A stretch of DNA of 64,000 nt from an uncultured Gammaproteobacteria bacterium (GTDB taxonomy: Bacteria > Patescibacteriota > Patescibacteriia > UBA9934), in the NCBI GenBank assembly GCA_964414795.1, contig CAYPWV010000005.1, positions 4,336 to 68,335 on the forward strand, read 5' to 3'. Made by a program: the position numbers and the translations under genes. Below, one piece after another: positions 36,821-45,812 of this stretch (positions are counted from its first letter, which is position 1; each line of letters opens with the position of its first letter). Under the pieces are notes generated by a model that worked only from the letters and a program-made list of their open reading frames with translations, searched no databases and was not told the DNA's origin.

Positions 36821-37960
36821 ATGGATCCAATGCTCCTCCTTCTTAGCCTACTTATTCTTGCGCTCATTGGCGTTATTCTTTTTACTCACATAAAAAAGAA
36901 TTCCGCTCATTCTAGCGAAATTATCACTACGTTCGACGCACTCAAACAAGAGCTCACTGACCTTAAACGTCTTTCCACCGAGCAACGGCAAGAGCTCTAC
37001 CAATTACAAACCGATGCTCGCAAAGAACTTTCGCAACATCTCAACACCATGAACGATCAAATGGGACGAGGTCTTTCAGAATCTCATCGCTCCATGCAAA
37101 CGCAATTTTCCCAAACGTCAAAGCTCATCGAAGACGTTACACTCCGCCTCACCACCTTGGATAGCACAAACAAACAGGTACTCGACTTTTCTTCACAACT
37201 CCAAAAAATGCAAGATATCCTCAAAAATCCAAAACAAAGAGGTATTTTAGGAGAATTTTATCTCGAATCACTTCTCGGAAATACACTGCCTCCCGAATCA
37301 TTTCAAATGCAGTACACCTTTCCTGATGCAACCATTGCCGACGCTGTCGTTTTCGTAAATGAAAAAATCATACCCATCGATTCTAAGTTTACACTCGAAA
37401 ATTATAATCGTTGCGTCGAGGCTACTACCGATGAAGAACGAATTAAATTTGAAAAGCTTTTTATTCAAGATCTTAAAGGGCGCATTCAAGAAACCACAAA
37501 ATACATTCAGCCTGCACAAGGAACAACCGATTTCGCGTTCATGTTCATTCCACACGAAGCACTGTATTACGACCTCCTTACAAACAAAATTGGACTAAAT
37601 ACCGAAGAAAACAGTGAAAATATTTTACAACGCGCAGCAGGGAAGTATCGCGTCATTATTGTATCTCCTACAAATTTCTTAGCATATCTGCAAACGATTC
37701 TTCAGGCACTCAATGCCATGAAAATCGAAAAGAATGCCGGGGAAATTAAAAAACACGTTAAAGAACTGCATCGTCATTTTTCCTCTTTTGCAGATTTTCA
37801 TGAAAAAATGGGAAAAAACCTGGGAACAACAGTCAACCAATTCAACCAATCATCCGAAGAGCTTCGTAAACTCTCAAAAGACATCGTCAAAATAACCACA
37901 GGCGAAGTAGGGGATTTACTTGAAATGAAAAAAGTCCATCGTCCGGAAATGATTGAATAG
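36821..37960 (+). CDS. rmuC: DNA recombination protein RmuC
   Basis: N-terminal TM, a long coiled coil, and the conserved RmuC C-terminal domain (FAFMFIPHEALYYDLL, VIIVSPTNFLAYLQTI). Confidence 0.9.
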   Translation: MDPMLLLLSLLILALIGVILFTHIKKNSAHSSEIITTFDALKQELTDLKRLSTEQRQELYQLQTDARKELSQHLNTMNDQMGRGLSESHRSMQTQFSQTSKLIEDVTLRLTTLDSTNKQVLDFSSQLQKMQDILKNPKQRGILGEFYLESLLGNTLPPESFQMQYTFPDATIADAVVFVNEKIIPIDSKFTLENYNRCVEATTDEERIKFEKLFIQDLKGRIQETTKYIQPAQGTTDFAFMFIPHEALYYDLLTNKIGLNTEENSENILQRAAGKYRVIIVSPTNFLAYLQTILQALNAMKIEKNAGEIKKHVKELHRHFSSFADFHEKMGKNLGTTVNQFNQSSEELRKLSKDIVKITTGEVGDLLEMKKVHRPEMIE

Positions 37961-37997
37961 GTACAAAAAATCCTGGTCTTTACACCAGGATTTTTTA

Positions 37998-38264
37998 TTA
38001 CTTCTTGAGAGTATTGATTTTCTTCATCGCACGACTCTTGATGCGGGAAACCGTGTTGAGCTTCAACACCTTCTTGGTTACCGACTTATCAAGGGCTTGC
38101 GTAAGTTCATTCATGAGCTTTTGCGCTTCATCAAACTTCTTGGCTTCAAGAAGTTTGCGGAAACTGCGACGCATGTAGTCAATGTGTTCACGAATCGCGG
38201 TGTTGCGCTCAGCGCGTACAACACTTTGACGAAGGGCCTTTTTGGCATTCTTCAGGTTTGGCAT
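37998..38264 (-). CDS. rpsT: 30S ribosomal protein S20
   Basis: MPNLKNAKKALRQSVVRAERN... is the canonical S20 N-terminus; highly basic along its 88-aa length. Confidence 0.95.
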   Translation of the reverse strand: MPNLKNAKKALRQSVVRAERNTAIREHIDYMRRSFRKLLEAKKFDEAQKLMNELTQALDKSVTKKVLKLNTVSRIKSRAMKKINTLKK

Positions 38265-38303
38265 AGAAAAGTGGTCTAAGGATAGCCAAATGTGAGAAGT
38301 GCG

Positions 38304-39308
38304 TCAAGAAACTTGCTTTACGCGCGCAAAAAGAAGTTCTTCAAGAAGACGTTCAACCAAAATGTCTGCCGAAATACCAGATTTTGTATTCTTATCCCAC
38401 ATAAGTGCCTTTTCCAAAGTCTCCATAAGTGCGTCATGAGAAAAGCATTTTACTCCCTGCAGCGCTTTTTGCGCCACAAAAGGATGAAGCGCAAGCGTAT
38501 CCGCAATCTCTTTTTGCGAAATGATGCCTTGGCGTACCAGCGAAGAAACTCCCACAAACACGCGCAATTGACGAAGAAGTCCGCCAAAAAGACCAAACGC
38601 ATCCGCTCCAGAATCCATTTCTCTCCGGAATGCATGAGTAAGCTTTTCTGGAGTTGCGGAAGAAATGAGATCGAGAAATGCAAAAAAGTCCGAAGAAATA
38701 TGCAAAGGAACAAGGCGCTCAATCATGTCTTCGGTTATAGATGATCCCGCAGCATATGCAGCAAGTTTCTGTATCTCCGTTGCAAGATCTTGGCTCGCAC
38801 CTCCCACGCGTGCATAAAGCACGTTCGCAACTTCTTCAGATATGTTCGCATTTGCCTTGAGTACACGTGCACGAATCCAAGCTATACATTCCGTACGAGA
38901 AAGAGGAGGAATAGGGAAGTGTTTCACTTCTTCTGCAGAACGTGTTCCTAGCCACGTCGCCAAATGACTCTTTTTCCAAGTCGCTTCCGAAAGCTCGTCA
39001 ACAAAGCAAAGCGACGTACGTTCATCTAAACGTCCAAAAACCTCCGTCCAAAAAGGCGCATCAACTTTCTTTAAAACATCCGCAACATTTTTTACAAAAA
39101 TAAATCGCTTCTCCGCTAAAAAGGGCGCGGCTTGAAGCGAAGGAATAAACGGTTCCTTCGAAATCGTAGCAAAATCAAACACCTCAACGTTTAATCGAGA
39201 CGGATCATACTTCGCGACAAACTTTTCAAGCAAATCCTCAGCAAACTCTCGCACACGAAGTGTATCTTCTCCATATACCGCAAGAAACATATAAACAATA
39301 TTACGCAA
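38304..39308 (-). CDS. holA: DNA polymerase III delta subunit
   Basis: 334-aa protein with a delta-subunit N-terminal region (VYMFLAVYGEDTLRVRE). It overlaps the polA stop by 8 nt. Confidence 0.75.
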   Translation of the reverse strand: MRNIVYMFLAVYGEDTLRVREFAEDLLEKFVAKYDPSRLNVEVFDFATISKEPFIPSLQAAPFLAEKRFIFVKNVADVLKKVDAPFWTEVFGRLDERTSLCFVDELSEATWKKSHLATWLGTRSAEEVKHFPIPPLSRTECIAWIRARVLKANANISEEVANVLYARVGGASQDLATEIQKLAAYAAGSSITEDMIERLVPLHISSDFFAFLDLISSATPEKLTHAFRREMDSGADAFGLFGGLLRQLRVFVGVSSLVRQGIISQKEIADTLALHPFVAQKALQGVKCFSHDALMETLEKALMWDKNTKSGISADILVERLLEELLFARVKQVS

Positions 39309-41913
39309 TGTCTCCCCAACTTTTTCCCATCGCTACATCAACAACGAGAGGAACACGGAACGATGCGACCGCAGACATTTTTTCTACAACCATTTTCTGT
39401 ACCTCCTCAACATCGTCTTCATGAACCTCAAGAACAAGTTCGTCGTGTACTTGGAGCAAAAGCTTAGCGCGTAGGCCTGCTTTTTCAAGCGAGGATGCGA
39501 GCGTAATCATCGCCATTTTAATGATATCCGCTTGCGTTCCTTGGATAGGCATGTTCATTGCCATACGCTCTGCAGCCGCAACAAGCTGCGGAACACCCGA
39601 AGTAATATCAGGCAAATAACGCCGGCGACCAAACAGTGTTTGCACATAACCCTGAGCACGTGCTTGCAGCTTCATCGCATCAATATACGCCTGAATTCCT
39701 GGATGCACCACAAAATACCGCGCAATAAATTCACGCGCTTCTTCAAACTTCATGCCCGTTGCACGCGCAAGCGCATGCGGCCCAACACCGTACAAAATAC
39801 TAAAGTTAATCGCCTTTGCTGCCGCACGCTGATCCTTCGTTACCGCATCTTCGGAAATATTCCACACCTCTGCTGCAGTACGGCGGTGAATGTCTGCACC
39901 ATCTTTAAACGCACGAATAAACGATTCGTCATTTGCCAATTCAGCAGCTAAACGCAATTCAATTTGCGAATAGTCAGCCGACAAAAGCACATAGTCCGGC
40001 TTTGCAACAAATGCGTAGCGAATCTTTTTGCCAAGCTCCGTGCGGATAGGAATGTTCTGCAGGTTTGGCGTATGAGAAGACAGACGTCCCGTCGCCGCAA
40101 TAGTTTGACTGTAACACGTATGAATACGACCATCGGGTGCGATAAGCTCAGGAAGCGTATCAGAGTAGGTTGATTTAAGCTTCGCAATTTCCCGATATTC
40201 TTCAATAAGCGGAACAATCGCATGGGTATCCCACAACTTTTCGAGCTCAGGAGCGGCTGTAGAAAAACCTGATTTTGTTTTTTTAATGCCTTTCGTAGGA
40301 AGCTTAAGCGTTTCAAAAAGAACGCCTGCAAGCTGAGAAGGGGAATTAACGTTAAATTCAACGCCCGCTAATGCATAAATCTTTTTGGTAAGCGCAGTAA
40401 TTTTTTCTCCCAAAGCTTGCGAAAAATCATTCAGCATTTTTTTATCAACACAAATCCCTTCATGTTCCATGGTAAACAACACGGCAATAAGCGGCATCTC
40501 TACATCAAGATACAGCTTTTTCATACCAACAGCTTCAAGCTTTTTTTCAAGCACTTCACCCAGTGCAGGAAGTACACACACAAGCTCTTCTTCGGTTTTT
40601 ACCGTTTGCTCAAGAATGTCATGCACAATACTTGCAAGAGGGAAGTCACGCGCACCGGAATTCAGCATGTACGCAATCACCTCTGCGTCATACAGCGACC
40701 GTGATGCAAGTGCATGCGAGATATCAACGCCCATATTCGCAAACGCATGCATAGTGGCTTTTGCACCATGCGTTACTACATACTTCATGCGCAACAATTC
40801 TTGCACAACAATTTCAAGTACCGCTTTATCAGGATGCTCAACACGCCACATCCGCTTGCTATCAGAAAGCGCAATGCTGGCAATATGGGAACCAAACATG
40901 TCGGGCTGCTTGAGCGTCACAAAAAAACCAATCCAATCTCCCATCACCCCACCCGGCGTAGAAATCACCGTCATACCCGAAGCATGTTCGGAAACGTTCT
41001 TTTTTCCTCGCTTCTTTTCTTTTATTTCAGAAGATGCACCTCCGTATTTTTTCAAAAGCGCAGAAAATTCGAGATCGCTAAATAATGCGCGAAGACGCAC
41101 GTCATCGGGCACGCCCACCAAACACGCAGAACGAGAAAAATCTGCTAAAGGAACATTTTGAACAATTTCTCCCAAAAAACGCATCTTTCGCGCAGTCTCT
41201 TCATGCTGAGCAAACTTTTTTGCATACTTCTCAGGAACTTCACCCGTTTTGAGCGCCGCAAGAATGCCCTCCACATTTCCAAACTTTTTTACCAACTCCA
41301 CCGCACTCTTTTCACCAATACCCGGAACACCCGGAAGATTGTCGGACGAATCTCCCATGAGCGCTTTTACTTCAATGAGTTCCAGGGGAGTAACGCCAAA
41401 GCGCTCCTCAACCGCAGCGGCGTCGTACACCTTCACTTCAGAAAGTCCCTTCACAAAAAAAACGACTTTCGTGGTGTCATTCACAAGCTGCAACGCATCA
41501 CGATCACCCGTAACAATAAGCGTTTCCACATCTCCCGCATCTGCATTCATTTTTGCAACAGTACCAATAACATCATCAGCCTCATAGCCAGGAGCACTGA
41601 GCGAAGGAACGCCGTACGCCGCAAGAATTTCTTGAATAGTGGGAATTTGCGCGTAGAGTTCATCAGCTTTTTTTTCGCGCTGCGCCTTGTATGGTTCGTA
41701 CGCCTCATGACGAAACGTTGCGCCCGGCAAATCCCAGGCAACTGCCATGTACGTTGGTTTGTACACGCTGAGCATTTTTTCAACCACGTTCGTAAATCCG
41801 TATGCAGCATTCACCACACGTCCATCACGCGTAACCAGCGGCGGAATAGCATGCCACGCTCGATGCAAAAGAGCGTTTCCATCCAAAACAAGAAAGGTTT
41901 TTTGCGATTCCAT
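39301..41913 (-). CDS. polA: DNA polymerase I
   Basis: 5'-3' exonuclease N-terminus (LVLDGNALLHRAWHA...GYEADDVIGT), HhH region, and polymerase motifs A/B/C (LLSADYSQIELR, RRAAKAINFSILYG, LLLQVHDELVLEV). Confidence 0.95.
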   Translation of the reverse strand: MESQKTFLVLDGNALLHRAWHAIPPLVTRDGRVVNAAYGFTNVVEKMLSVYKPTYMAVAWDLPGATFRHEAYEPYKAQREKKADELYAQIPTIQEILAAYGVPSLSAPGYEADDVIGTVAKMNADAGDVETLIVTGDRDALQLVNDTTKVVFFVKGLSEVKVYDAAAVEERFGVTPLELIEVKALMGDSSDNLPGVPGIGEKSAVELVKKFGNVEGILAALKTGEVPEKYAKKFAQHEETARKMRFLGEIVQNVPLADFSRSACLVGVPDDVRLRALFSDLEFSALLKKYGGASSEIKEKKRGKKNVSEHASGMTVISTPGGVMGDWIGFFVTLKQPDMFGSHIASIALSDSKRMWRVEHPDKAVLEIVVQELLRMKYVVTHGAKATMHAFANMGVDISHALASRSLYDAEVIAYMLNSGARDFPLASIVHDILEQTVKTEEELVCVLPALGEVLEKKLEAVGMKKLYLDVEMPLIAVLFTMEHEGICVDKKMLNDFSQALGEKITALTKKIYALAGVEFNVNSPSQLAGVLFETLKLPTKGIKKTKSGFSTAAPELEKLWDTHAIVPLIEEYREIAKLKSTYSDTLPELIAPDGRIHTCYSQTIAATGRLSSHTPNLQNIPIRTELGKKIRYAFVAKPDYVLLSADYSQIELRLAAELANDESFIRAFKDGADIHRRTAAEVWNISEDAVTKDQRAAAKAINFSILYGVGPHALARATGMKFEEAREFIARYFVVHPGIQAYIDAMKLQARAQGYVQTLFGRRRYLPDITSGVPQLVAAAERMAMNMPIQGTQADIIKMAMITLASSLEKAGLRAKLLLQVHDELVLEVHEDDVEEVQKMVVEKMSAVASFRVPLVVDVAMGKSWGDIA

Positions 41914-42006
41914 AGAGTAAAATCATCATACCAAAATCTCCCAAAAAGATCCCATAAAAACAATCGCCGCCCCCACGTTGTCAGGAGCGGCACGCGGAAG
42001 AACACG

Positions 42007-42522
42007 CTAGCTAGATAAGTCAGTTCCGTGCCCCTTGAAATCCTTCAAAAGAGCAGTGATTCGACGAACCTGTCTCGTCACTTCAGGAGGGGGAGTATCT
42101 TCAAAGGCAAAGAACCAGAGACTGACGTCGCCATTCTTCGCCTTGCTGTCGTCGCGAAGCTCTTTGCTGTCCCGCCCCACGGCAATAAAGAGACAGCCCT
42201 CATCATCCTGAAGGGCCGAGAAAATGATGAGCTTGTCCTCAGCCGAAAGACATTCCCGCTCCGCATCTTCAAGATCGTCAACCCGAGCACCGATGTTATC
42301 GTCGTCCGAGAGAGATTCTTGATCCACGGCATCGATACCAACGAGCTCGGTAGAGAGCATGCCCCGAATCCAAGCCTCGGGCATATCGTCGATCGACCTC
42401 GGACCAAAGACCAAGAAGCGAGCCTCTTTCTCGCCCCGCATTACCGCAGAAACGAGAAGGTACAAAACACCTGTATCACTCGGAATCAACACTCGAGCAC
42501 GAAGTATGAATTCGTCTTCCAT
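42007..42522 (-). CDS. Hypothetical highly acidic protein (171 aa) within the GC-rich islet
   Basis: Strong SD (GGGAGGA) 8 nt upstream. GC-rich third codon positions. Local GC far above flanks. No family recognised. Confidence 0.55.
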   Translation of the reverse strand: MEDEFILRARVLIPSDTGVLYLLVSAVMRGEKEARFLVFGPRSIDDMPEAWIRGMLSTELVGIDAVDQESLSDDDNIGARVDDLEDAERECLSAEDKLIIFSALQDDEGCLFIAVGRDSKELRDDSKAKNGDVSLWFFAFEDTPPPEVTRQVRRITALLKDFKGHGTDLSS

Positions 42523-42569
42523 GGCTTTTTATCCTCCCGTTTAATTCTCCTCGCGAAACAAAGTCTTGT

Positions 42570-42602
42570 CAAAAAAAACAGAAAACCCGGCGCTTGGCCG
42601 GG
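42570..42602 (-). terminator. Rho-independent terminator (CCCGGCCAAGCGCCGGG followed by a T-rich run on the minus strand) inside the islet
   Basis: GC hairpin plus TTTTCTGTTTTTTTT on the minus strand. It is ~250 nt downstream of the 42846 gene stop, leaving room for a small ORF or 3' UTR. Confidence 0.5.
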
Positions 42603-42845
42603 CACTCGGAAGTGAGGAAGGGAAATCTAATGCCACCTCAAAAAATCGTCGTCAGAGTTCGCGCCACGCGCTTCGAGCAGCATGGCGACGAGCGCCTCTT
42701 GCGAGGGTCGCTCCGCGCAAGCAACCAGCTCAGGAGAGGGATTTTGAGAGACGTACCGCAAACTATCTTCACACAAAACAGGAAACCCGGCCCGCAAGGA
42801 TCGCCTCGCTTGACCGGGTACTTGGAGACGAGAAGACGCCAACCT

Positions 42846-43355
42846 TCAGCTGTTGGTCTCGGCGTCGTCGACCGCCTCAGTATCGGAATCAAAACCCCCG
42901 ATAACAAAGAGTTCGATCACATTGGTGGGAGGAGCCGCCGGAACGCATGCGCTCTCAAACACCACTTCTCCAGCAGCCGAGGAAGATCCTTCATCTACCT
43001 CCAGCTCCAAAGACATGTGAAACTGCTCCTCCCGTCGACGGGCAACGGCATTTGAGTCCTCATCGAGATCGATCTCGGGCGGAATCATGATCATTGGGTC
43101 GATGGCCAGAGACAACCCAGCGACATCGTCAGGCTCAGCCGTATCTCCGCCGAAGCTCATCCACTCAAGGCCTGCGCGGGTGTCGACGTCAACACGAGCC
43201 TCCGCATCGTGCCACTGATCAGCCTCCTCGAGGTCGACCTGGTAGGCCGCCTCCCGCTGGAATTCGGTCCACTTGCCGTGGCGGCACCGAATCTCGACGA
43301 GATCTGCAGGGGAAAGGGGTGACTCGAGCGTATCAGAAATACTGGGTTCAGACAT
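42846..43355 (-). CDS. Hypothetical highly acidic protein (169 aa) within the GC-rich islet
   Basis: SD GGAGGA 7 nt upstream of the internal Met MSEPSIS. Asp/Glu-rich (DLEEADQWHDAEARVDVD, EIDLDEDS). No family recognised. Confidence 0.55.
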   Translation of the reverse strand: MSEPSISDTLESPLSPADLVEIRCRHGKWTEFQREAAYQVDLEEADQWHDAEARVDVDTRAGLEWMSFGGDTAEPDDVAGLSLAIDPMIMIPPEIDLDEDSNAVARRREEQFHMSLELEVDEGSSSAAGEVVFESACVPAAPPTNVIELFVIGGFDSDTEAVDDAETNS

Positions 43356-43512
43356 GAGGAAATCCTCCGGAATCCGTGGTGTTTTTGCCGAAAAGGCCAC
43401 GCTAAAGTACCAGAAAACGACAAAAAAGACAAATAATGGAACGAGATTTTACAAAAAGAGAAAAACTTGAAAAAGGAAGCAAAGGCGTGTTATTCTGTTT
43501 CGGCGTAGCCAT

Positions 43513-43587
43513 GGCGGTTATAGCTCAATGGTAGAGCACCGGGTTGTGGTCCCGGCTACACGGGTTCGATCCCCGTTAATCGCCCCA
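43513..43587 (+). tRNA. tRNA-His (anticodon GTG) with G-1 and encoded CCA
   Basis: Manual cloverleaf: G-1 pairing with discriminator C73, acceptor GCGGTTA/TAATCGC, anticodon loop UUGUGGU, T-arm ACGGG-TTCGATC-CCCGT. Confidence 0.9.
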
Positions 43588-43634
43588 CAAAAAATCCTCC
43601 TTTGTCCTTTATGGATGATGGGAGGATTTTTTGT

Positions 43635-44711
43635 TTAAACCTCTTGAATAACATCAAATCCATTAAAACTTCCTACCAAACCCAAGCCAATAATTTTCCC
43701 CGTGCACAATTCTTTTCTTCGTATTTGTCGCGCAACTTCATACATCGTTGCCCCAGATCCTACCGCATCATCAATCAACAAAATATTCTTATAATGTCCG
43801 GTATCTTCAACAACAATGGATTGCTTTACATTTTCTAATCGATCTTCAAGTTTTGTAAGCGTTTTCTGTGGAACAATAATAGGAGTCTTTATTTTTGTAA
43901 TGACGATGCTCGGCAAAGAAATACTCATCTCTTTTTCAAATTCTTTCATAAACTGCACAGAACGTTGAATGGTGGGGGGAATAAAACATATCGCATCAAT
44001 CTTCAAACGATCGATGAGATCAACGATGCGAGGACGAACTTCTTGCACAACATTCTTAATAAGGTCTCGCCGCTGCCCTTGTTTAGCATAAAGAATCATT
44101 TCACCAAGTTTTGTTTTTCCAAAACGCTCAATACTGTAAAAATCAAGATGGAACAACGCGTCAAGGGCACTATCAGAAAAAGTCTTTCGCATTTTTTCTG
44201 TTGCATCAATGACACCGTGATGAATATACGAGTGATATTTCTTCAACGTCATTCGATATTCCTGTGCAGTTTTTTGAGGATTGAGATTTCTTCTAAGACA
44301 CCACGTTACAAAAGCGGATGCACCTGTTTGCAAGACACCATTGGGTTCTACTTTTAAAAAATGTTCGTTAAGAACATGAAGCATCTCTACGTCAAAATGA
44401 TACTTCTGTAATGCAGAAGACTGCATCTTTACAACGTAAAAAACTTTTGGGGGATAGCCCTGTTTTTGAATACGCTCTTCAGTAAGGAGGCGAGTGAGGT
44501 GCCTAAATATCGCCTGCGGGGTAAGTCGCATGTGTTCAGCGATTGTTTTAGGAGAAACTCGCTCCTGCTCAACAATAAATTGAAAAATACGTTCCCGTGT
44601 ATCATTTTTCATATCTTTATTGTTTATAGTATATACTAAACTATAAACTATTACAATAGCACCTACTCCAAAATAAAAAAGACGCCGGACCACAATGAGC
44701 CGTGAACCCAT
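43635..44711 (-). CDS. Winged-HTH plus phosphoribosyltransferase-type domain protein (PurR-like regulator, or ComF-like without a zinc finger)
   Basis: N-terminal HTH (RERIFQFIVEQERVSPKTIAEHMRLTPQAIFRHLTRL). C-terminal PRTase PRPP motif (NILLIDDAVGSGATMYEVARQI). An alternative start lies at 44612 (MKNDTRE). Confidence 0.55.
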   Translation of the reverse strand: MGSRLIVVRRLFYFGVGAIVIVYSLVYTINNKDMKNDTRERIFQFIVEQERVSPKTIAEHMRLTPQAIFRHLTRLLTEERIQKQGYPPKVFYVVKMQSSALQKYHFDVEMLHVLNEHFLKVEPNGVLQTGASAFVTWCLRRNLNPQKTAQEYRMTLKKYHSYIHHGVIDATEKMRKTFSDSALDALFHLDFYSIERFGKTKLGEMILYAKQGQRRDLIKNVVQEVRPRIVDLIDRLKIDAICFIPPTIQRSVQFMKEFEKEMSISLPSIVITKIKTPIIVPQKTLTKLEDRLENVKQSIVVEDTGHYKNILLIDDAVGSGATMYEVARQIRRKELCTGKIIGLGLVGSFNGFDVIQEV

Positions 44712-44921
44712 AAATTCATTTTGAGGCTAAAACAAAACAAAAAAATCTCTCGAGTCTGTTTGCGATCAATTTCATGATCCTGAGCGGACTTGAGAGATTT
44801 TGTTTTTATTGGAGTTTATCGATTTCCAAATTTCTTTTTTACAATTTCAATTTTACCTATCGCACTATTCGTTCACATTTTTGTCGAATATTAGCGGTGA
44901 AATGAATTTATGGGTTCACGG
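44696..44921. repeat. Pair of perfect 21-bp inverted repeats (CCGTGAACCCATAAATTCAT / ATGAATTTATGGGTTCACGG) ~185 bp apart, enclosing a hairpin-rich non-coding stretch
   Basis: Read directly. The left repeat overlaps the annotated start of the HTH-PRTase ORF. Confidence 0.4.
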
Positions 44922-45162
44922 CTTTAGTCGAGGTCAGGATCGTGTTCATCGCGAGACGCAGATACATCTCGAGAGTAGCCAACGAATCCGTCGACATCTG
45001 CAGTGCAGTTTTCCCATGCTGAAAAGCCATCACTCACCGTCCTTTACTATGTAGAAGTTGAATCCGGATACCGTCACCACAAAAGAAATTTCCTGTTTCG
45101 TCTAAAATTTCCTTTGCGCTAACGACATCCTTATCCTCGTGCATTTTTTTATCTTCGTACGG

Positions 45163-45192
45163 GCGGAACATCTTCCGCCCCTGTTTTTGAAC
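45163..45192 (+). terminator. Rho-independent terminator GGGCGGAA-catc-TTCCGCCC plus CTGTTTTTG
   Basis: GC hairpin followed by a T-run on the plus strand. It ends a ~480-nt plus-strand non-coding or sORF region. Confidence 0.5.
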
Positions 45193-45208
45193 TTCCCAAC
45201 TTTCCCCC

Positions 45209-45285
45209 TGGTGCCTCGGGAAGGAATCGAACCTTCGACCTTGAGCTTAGAAGTCTCCTGCTCTATCCAACTGAGCTACCGAGGC
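45209..45285 (-). tRNA. tRNA-Arg (anticodon TCT) with a weak anticodon stem; CCA encoded
   Basis: Acceptor GCCTCGG/CCGAGGC, D-arm GCTC..GAGC, T-arm GAAGG-TTCGATT-CCTTC and loop CUUCUAA are canonical. The anticodon stem has mismatches at 27-43 and 31-39, so a pseudo-tRNA cannot be excluded. Confidence 0.65.
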
Positions 45286-45332
45286 ATGTGCCGTAGTGTA
45301 AGGCGTTTTGTACAGGAGTACAATATGGCCAT

Positions 45333-45812
45333 ATGAAAGGAGATGCAGTGCCGTTTATTGAAAAAATCACCTCGTGGGTGGGATCTTTTGGATCGCTCAT
45401 CATCCATACGCTTCTTTTTGCCATTATTTTATGCGTTGGCGCGCTTGGCATCCTTTCGTGGGACATCGTCCTGCTCGTCCTCACCACGGGCGTATCCCTT
45501 GAGGCAATTTACTTGGCAATTTTCATTCAAATGAGCGTCAATCAGCAGTCACAAGTCATGAAAGAAGTGGAGCAAAATGTCGACGAGATCAAAGAAGATG
45601 TTGATGAAATCCAGGAAGATGTGGGAGAGATTCAAGAAGATGTCGACGAAATTCAAAAAGATATTGATGCAATCGAAGAAGACGTTGATGAAATTCAGGA
45701 AGACGAAGCCGAGGATGACAAACGCGACAGAGAACACCAAGAAACCCTTGCCGCAATGTCCGTCAACCTGCAAAAACTGTTACAAGATATTGAAAAAATG
45801 AAAAAGAGCTAG
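45333..45812 (+). CDS. DUF1003 family membrane protein with a C-terminal tandem-repeat acidic coiled coil
   Basis: Two TM helices and the conserved LSLEAIYLAIFIQMSVNQQ block that I recognise from DUF1003 proteins. Five tandem 24-nt repeats encode (E/K)DVDEIQ. Confidence 0.75.
   Translation: MKGDAVPFIEKITSWVGSFGSLIIHTLLFAIILCVGALGILSWDIVLLVLTTGVSLEAIYLAIFIQMSVNQQSQVMKEVEQNVDEIKEDVDEIQEDVGEIQEDVDEIQKDIDAIEEDVDEIQEDEAEDDKRDREHQETLAAMSVNLQKLLQDIEKMKKS

Noticed and set aside
42566-43055. Plus-strand ORFs (112 and 153 aa) inside the GC-rich islet.
   Set aside because: They are Arg-rich and low-complexity, lack ribosome-binding sites, and are antisense to two minus-strand ORFs that have strong SD sequences and GC-rich third positions.
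44941-44965. A 12-nt match (ATCGCGAGACGC) to the left flank of palindromic element copy A, considered as a fifth, degenerate copy.
   Set aside because: The right half of the palindrome (ATGGCGTCTC) is absent, so it is at most a remnant. It is mentioned only as context in the 43635-45192 finding.
45209-45285. Whether the tRNA-Arg(TCT) is a pseudogene, because of two anticodon-stem mismatches (27-43 G-A, 31-39 A-G).
   Set aside because: All other arms, the anticodon loop, the discriminator and the CCA end are canonical. I kept it as a tRNA at reduced confidence; tRNAscan-SE scoring would settle it.
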